Below are positions 60,516 to 64,000 of a DNA stretch of 64,000 nt, in pieces. The DNA is from the human T2T-CHM13v2.0 reference genome, Homo sapiens. Under the pieces are notes generated by a model, which was not told the DNA's origin, did not search any database, and saw only the letters and a program-made list of their open reading frames with translations. Position 1 is the first letter of the stretch. Every line of letters begins with the position of its first letter. The position numbers and the translations under genes are program-made. Location: assembly GCF_009914755.1 (NCBI RefSeq), contig NC_060944.1; one strand, 5' to 3'.

Positions 60516-61305
60516 GTTCGTCTCACCTACATTCATGTTCGTACTTTTTATGTCCCTTCCCCTCCCAAGCATAATATAAACCGCCAAGAGCCAGGAACTC
60601 TTTTTTTAATTTCATTTTTATTAAAAAAAAATAATGCCCCTCTATGCCTAGCATGGAACTAATGCAGAATGTACCCATGTAGTGTATTGTCACTGAATGA
60701 ATAATTTAGTCTGAGTAAGTCTATATCCCCAGGACTGATTTTGTGGATGCCAGCCATCTCTTCTTGGATTTCTTTGCCTTTTAATTAACTTCCCATTAGA
60801 CTTGTGGTTCTTAGTGACCTCCTGAGGGCCTGAAAATCAGAAGGTTGCAGACTGGGCCATCTATTTTATGGGAGTAATATAAAGACATACTCTCTTTGGT
60901 CACGTTTTCAGAACCTTTTGACCAAATGGGCAGAAGTAATTGGGAATAAAAATGTGTTGGGAAGTAGAAGTTATAATTTCTTATTTTTTTCTAATAAGGA
61001 CTTTAATTCTAAATTCATTCATAGCTTTGTTTTAAAGTTATTGTCAGTATTTTATGAAGTTAAAGACAAATTCAAACATTAATGATTCTAGATGTTTTGC
61101 TTCAAGTATCTTTGCCACTGTTTCCTCCTGTGAGTTGGAGTCTAGATTTTCTTTCCTTCTCTTCCTCTCTCTCTTTTTCTTCTCTTCCTCTCTCTCTTTT
61201 TCTTCTCTTGTACAGAATAAGCCTGATTTTTTTTAATTTTGTGATATTTTAAAAATTCTCTTTTATTTTGATTGATATTGCATATGCTTAAAAATTGGTA
61301 GAAGA

Positions 61306-61635
<330 letters not shown>

Positions 61636-63219
61636 TTATGGTTTTCTCCAGCAAATCAGTGAGTGTTTTCCCTGAACATGGATGCTTTGGCTCTGGTCTT
61701 CACACTCTGTGAGATGAGGACCAGCCCTTGTGGCCTCTGACTTCCAAGACTTCAGTACCTGAGGGTATTATTACATATTTTATGAGTTTAAAAATTGAGG
61801 AAACTTTTTTCCCCTCCAACAGTGAAACATTCTATTTATCATTTGTTGAACCTGTCTAGTGAGTACTGATTTTGTAGAATACTTCCCCAAAAGCTGATTT
61901 TCCAGATTCAGTTCTTTTCAAACTGCAACCAGCCCGGCTGGGCAGACAGGCCTCTCCTTTTGCTCCGCTTTATTCTTCCTGAATTGACTTTATCACTGTC
62001 CCTCCAGCCATTTCCAGGATTCATCACAGATTATCTCTGCTTGTTGGCAGAAAGCAAGCACCGCCGAGACTGAAGGGCACAATTGCCGAAAGGTTCTTCT
62101 TTCAGTTCAGTCCTCATTCTAATTTTTAACTTATTTGGTGCTGCTGTGGAAAAGCTGTTTGCCTGAAATATGGTAAATAAATAAATAATATCCTACATAT
62201 GGAGTCCATAAAATAGGATGCAGAAAGCTAGGAGCTCAAATTTAGATCCAAGGCAGTAATTCTCCTTGCTTCTTTTTCCGCTTCCCTTCTTAGCCTCCCT
62301 TTTCTCCTTAAATGATCAGGCTGAATGGGGTTGTCAGGATTGAAAGAACAGGATCCCAGATTTTATAAAATTGTTTACTCCTCTCTGTTTGAAAGGTGTA
62401 ACTTTGCAGAATTGAGTGTAATTCCAGTCATCTCCTAAAAGGCTGGGATGATGGCCAGGGCGAATGGGCTTCCTGACCTTTTCTGTGTGGAGAGGCTTCA
62501 CGGAGGAGCACTGAGGGCAGAAGACACAGAGCCAGTCTTCCATGGAGGCGACCCATAGCAGCGGGATCCAGCAATGTGTGAAGTCATGCTGGTTTTACAT
62601 ATGAACCAATTTGAATAGAATCCTTCATTTTTTTTACATAAATATTACATCTTAACCTTTTCATAGAAGAGCCTCGGTTTTCTTTCCAAAGGTATAAAGG
62701 CGAGGTCTGTGTTTCCATAAGCAGAGAACATTTATCCTCTGTCCTGCCTCCCTCTAGAACAAAATCCATTGCTGTCTTAATTTCCAGTTTTGATTGTAGC
62801 TCTCAGTGTGAGACCTCCCAGTGCTGTAGAGTGTGTTTCCTCTATGAGGCTCACTCACCACAGGCATAAAGATCGGGGTGAATTTCCCAGCCGCCTACAT
62901 CCGGGAATCTCTCATTCGGACTCAGCAAGATCATTTTTATTTTTGACCAGAACCTTATAAATAAATCACAAATATATAAATGTGATAGGGAAGGCGCCCA
63001 TCACAACTATTTGTTCAAACAAATCCTGGGCCCAAAGAAGGAGTGAAAAATTAACTTCCTATCACTTTATTTTAGTAGTTCATACTGACAGCAAATATTT
63101 AATTATCCATTATTTTGAATTCCACATTAAAATAATACTCATAAGGTTTGGATTAATAGAAAATACTCATATTTATAATAGTTAGAGCTTTCCAGATACA
63201 TAGAGGCAATATAGTCTAG

Positions 63220-63440
63220 TGCTTGGTAATTCCCTAGAGTTGGAAACCTTGGTTTAAACCTGGCCTTTACATCAAACAAGCTATGTGTGCATAGGAAACT
63301 CTGAGCTCTTTGTTTCAGTTCTCTCATCTGTAAAAGAGACACAACAATAGTGACTAACTCACAGGATTGTTCTAAGGATAATATGAGATGATGTGTAACA
63401 CACACAATACCTAAAACTTGGTAAGCACTGTTAACATTAA
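63220..63440 (+). mobile_element. MIR
   Basis: cagttctctcatctgtaaaag...cacaggattgttctaaggataatatgagatgatgtgtaa. Confidence 0.7.
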
Positions 63441-63521
63441 CTAATAATAGCATTTCAGTCTCTTTTCTGTTCATTACGACATTTAATCTTCCTGATAACC
63501 TCTTATTATAATATACACTGT

Positions 63522-63739
63522 GGTAGACTAACTTTGCTTTAAAGGGCCAGATAGTAAATATGTTCAGCTTTGCCAGCTGTATGGTTTCACTTATAAACAC
63601 TCAACTCTGCCAGTATAGTTCGAAAGAAGCCAAAGGCAATGTAAATGTAAGGGTGTGTCTGTGTTCCAATAAAACTTTGTTTACAAAACTAGGTGTCAAA
63701 TGAGATTTGACCTGGGGACTGTAGTTTGCTGATTCTTGA
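63522..63739. mobile_element. MER58A (opposite orientation to the copy at 46 kb)
   Basis: aaagggccagatagtaaatat...ctcaactctgcc...tgtgttccaataaaacttt...gtagtttgctga. Confidence 0.85.
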
Positions 63740-63879
63740 CAACTCTCTACTTGCTGTTACAAATAAGAACACGAAAGCAGCTTGGTTAGGAGATTGACTG
63801 TGAGAACATTGCTACTTAGTGGTATATTTCAAAGTAATATCCATTTTTTTAAAACTTATTTCAGGGCTTTTCTGCACAA

Positions 63880-64000
63880 CTTTTTGTTTGTTTGTTGGTT
63901 TTATTTTGAGACTGAGTCTAGCTCTGTCACCCAGGCTGGAGTGCAGTGGCACGATCTCTGCTCAATGCAACCTCCCCCTCCCACGTTCAAGCGATTCTCC
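63880..64000 (-). mobile_element. Alu (cut by window end)
   Basis: T-rich tail then gagactgagtctagctctgtcacccaggctgg. Confidence 0.92.

Noticed and set aside
62334-62543. Antisense 69-aa ORF with gcctccATGG context
   Set aside because: Pyrimidine at -3, no recognisable homology and a length expected by chance.
63139-63600. 153-aa minus-strand ORF
   Set aside because: It runs through MER58A and MIR relics and shows no protein family signature.

Overview
AT-rich, CpG-depleted primate (human-like) genomic DNA. It lies inside the giant introns of MACROD2 on the + strand (human 20p12.1, recalled, not checked). Only one coding exon is supported: 117 bp at 40130-40246, recalled as exon 5, encoding (V)[38 protein letters not shown](Y) of the macrodomain. 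The ORF track misses it. The rest is intron: about 12 Alus, several L1 fragments, MaLR/ERVL LTRs, MER/Tigger DNA transposons, MIR/L2 relics and microsatellites. The listed ORFs are repeat-derived or look like chance ORFs. I see no convincing new gene or biological system. The best leads are: (i) a self-complementary AT-rich minisatellite and a perfect 48-bp palindrome downstream of the exon, in a gene known for fragility; (ii) AG-7nt-GT splice units that could be poison micro-exons or recursive splice points; (iii) a candidate UG-repeat-silenced cryptic exon; (iv) an L1 fragment lacking both ends; (v) a dense TAATC homeodomain motif cluster. Repeat subfamily names come from remembered consensus sequences and need RepeatMasker confirmation; their boundaries are approximate.
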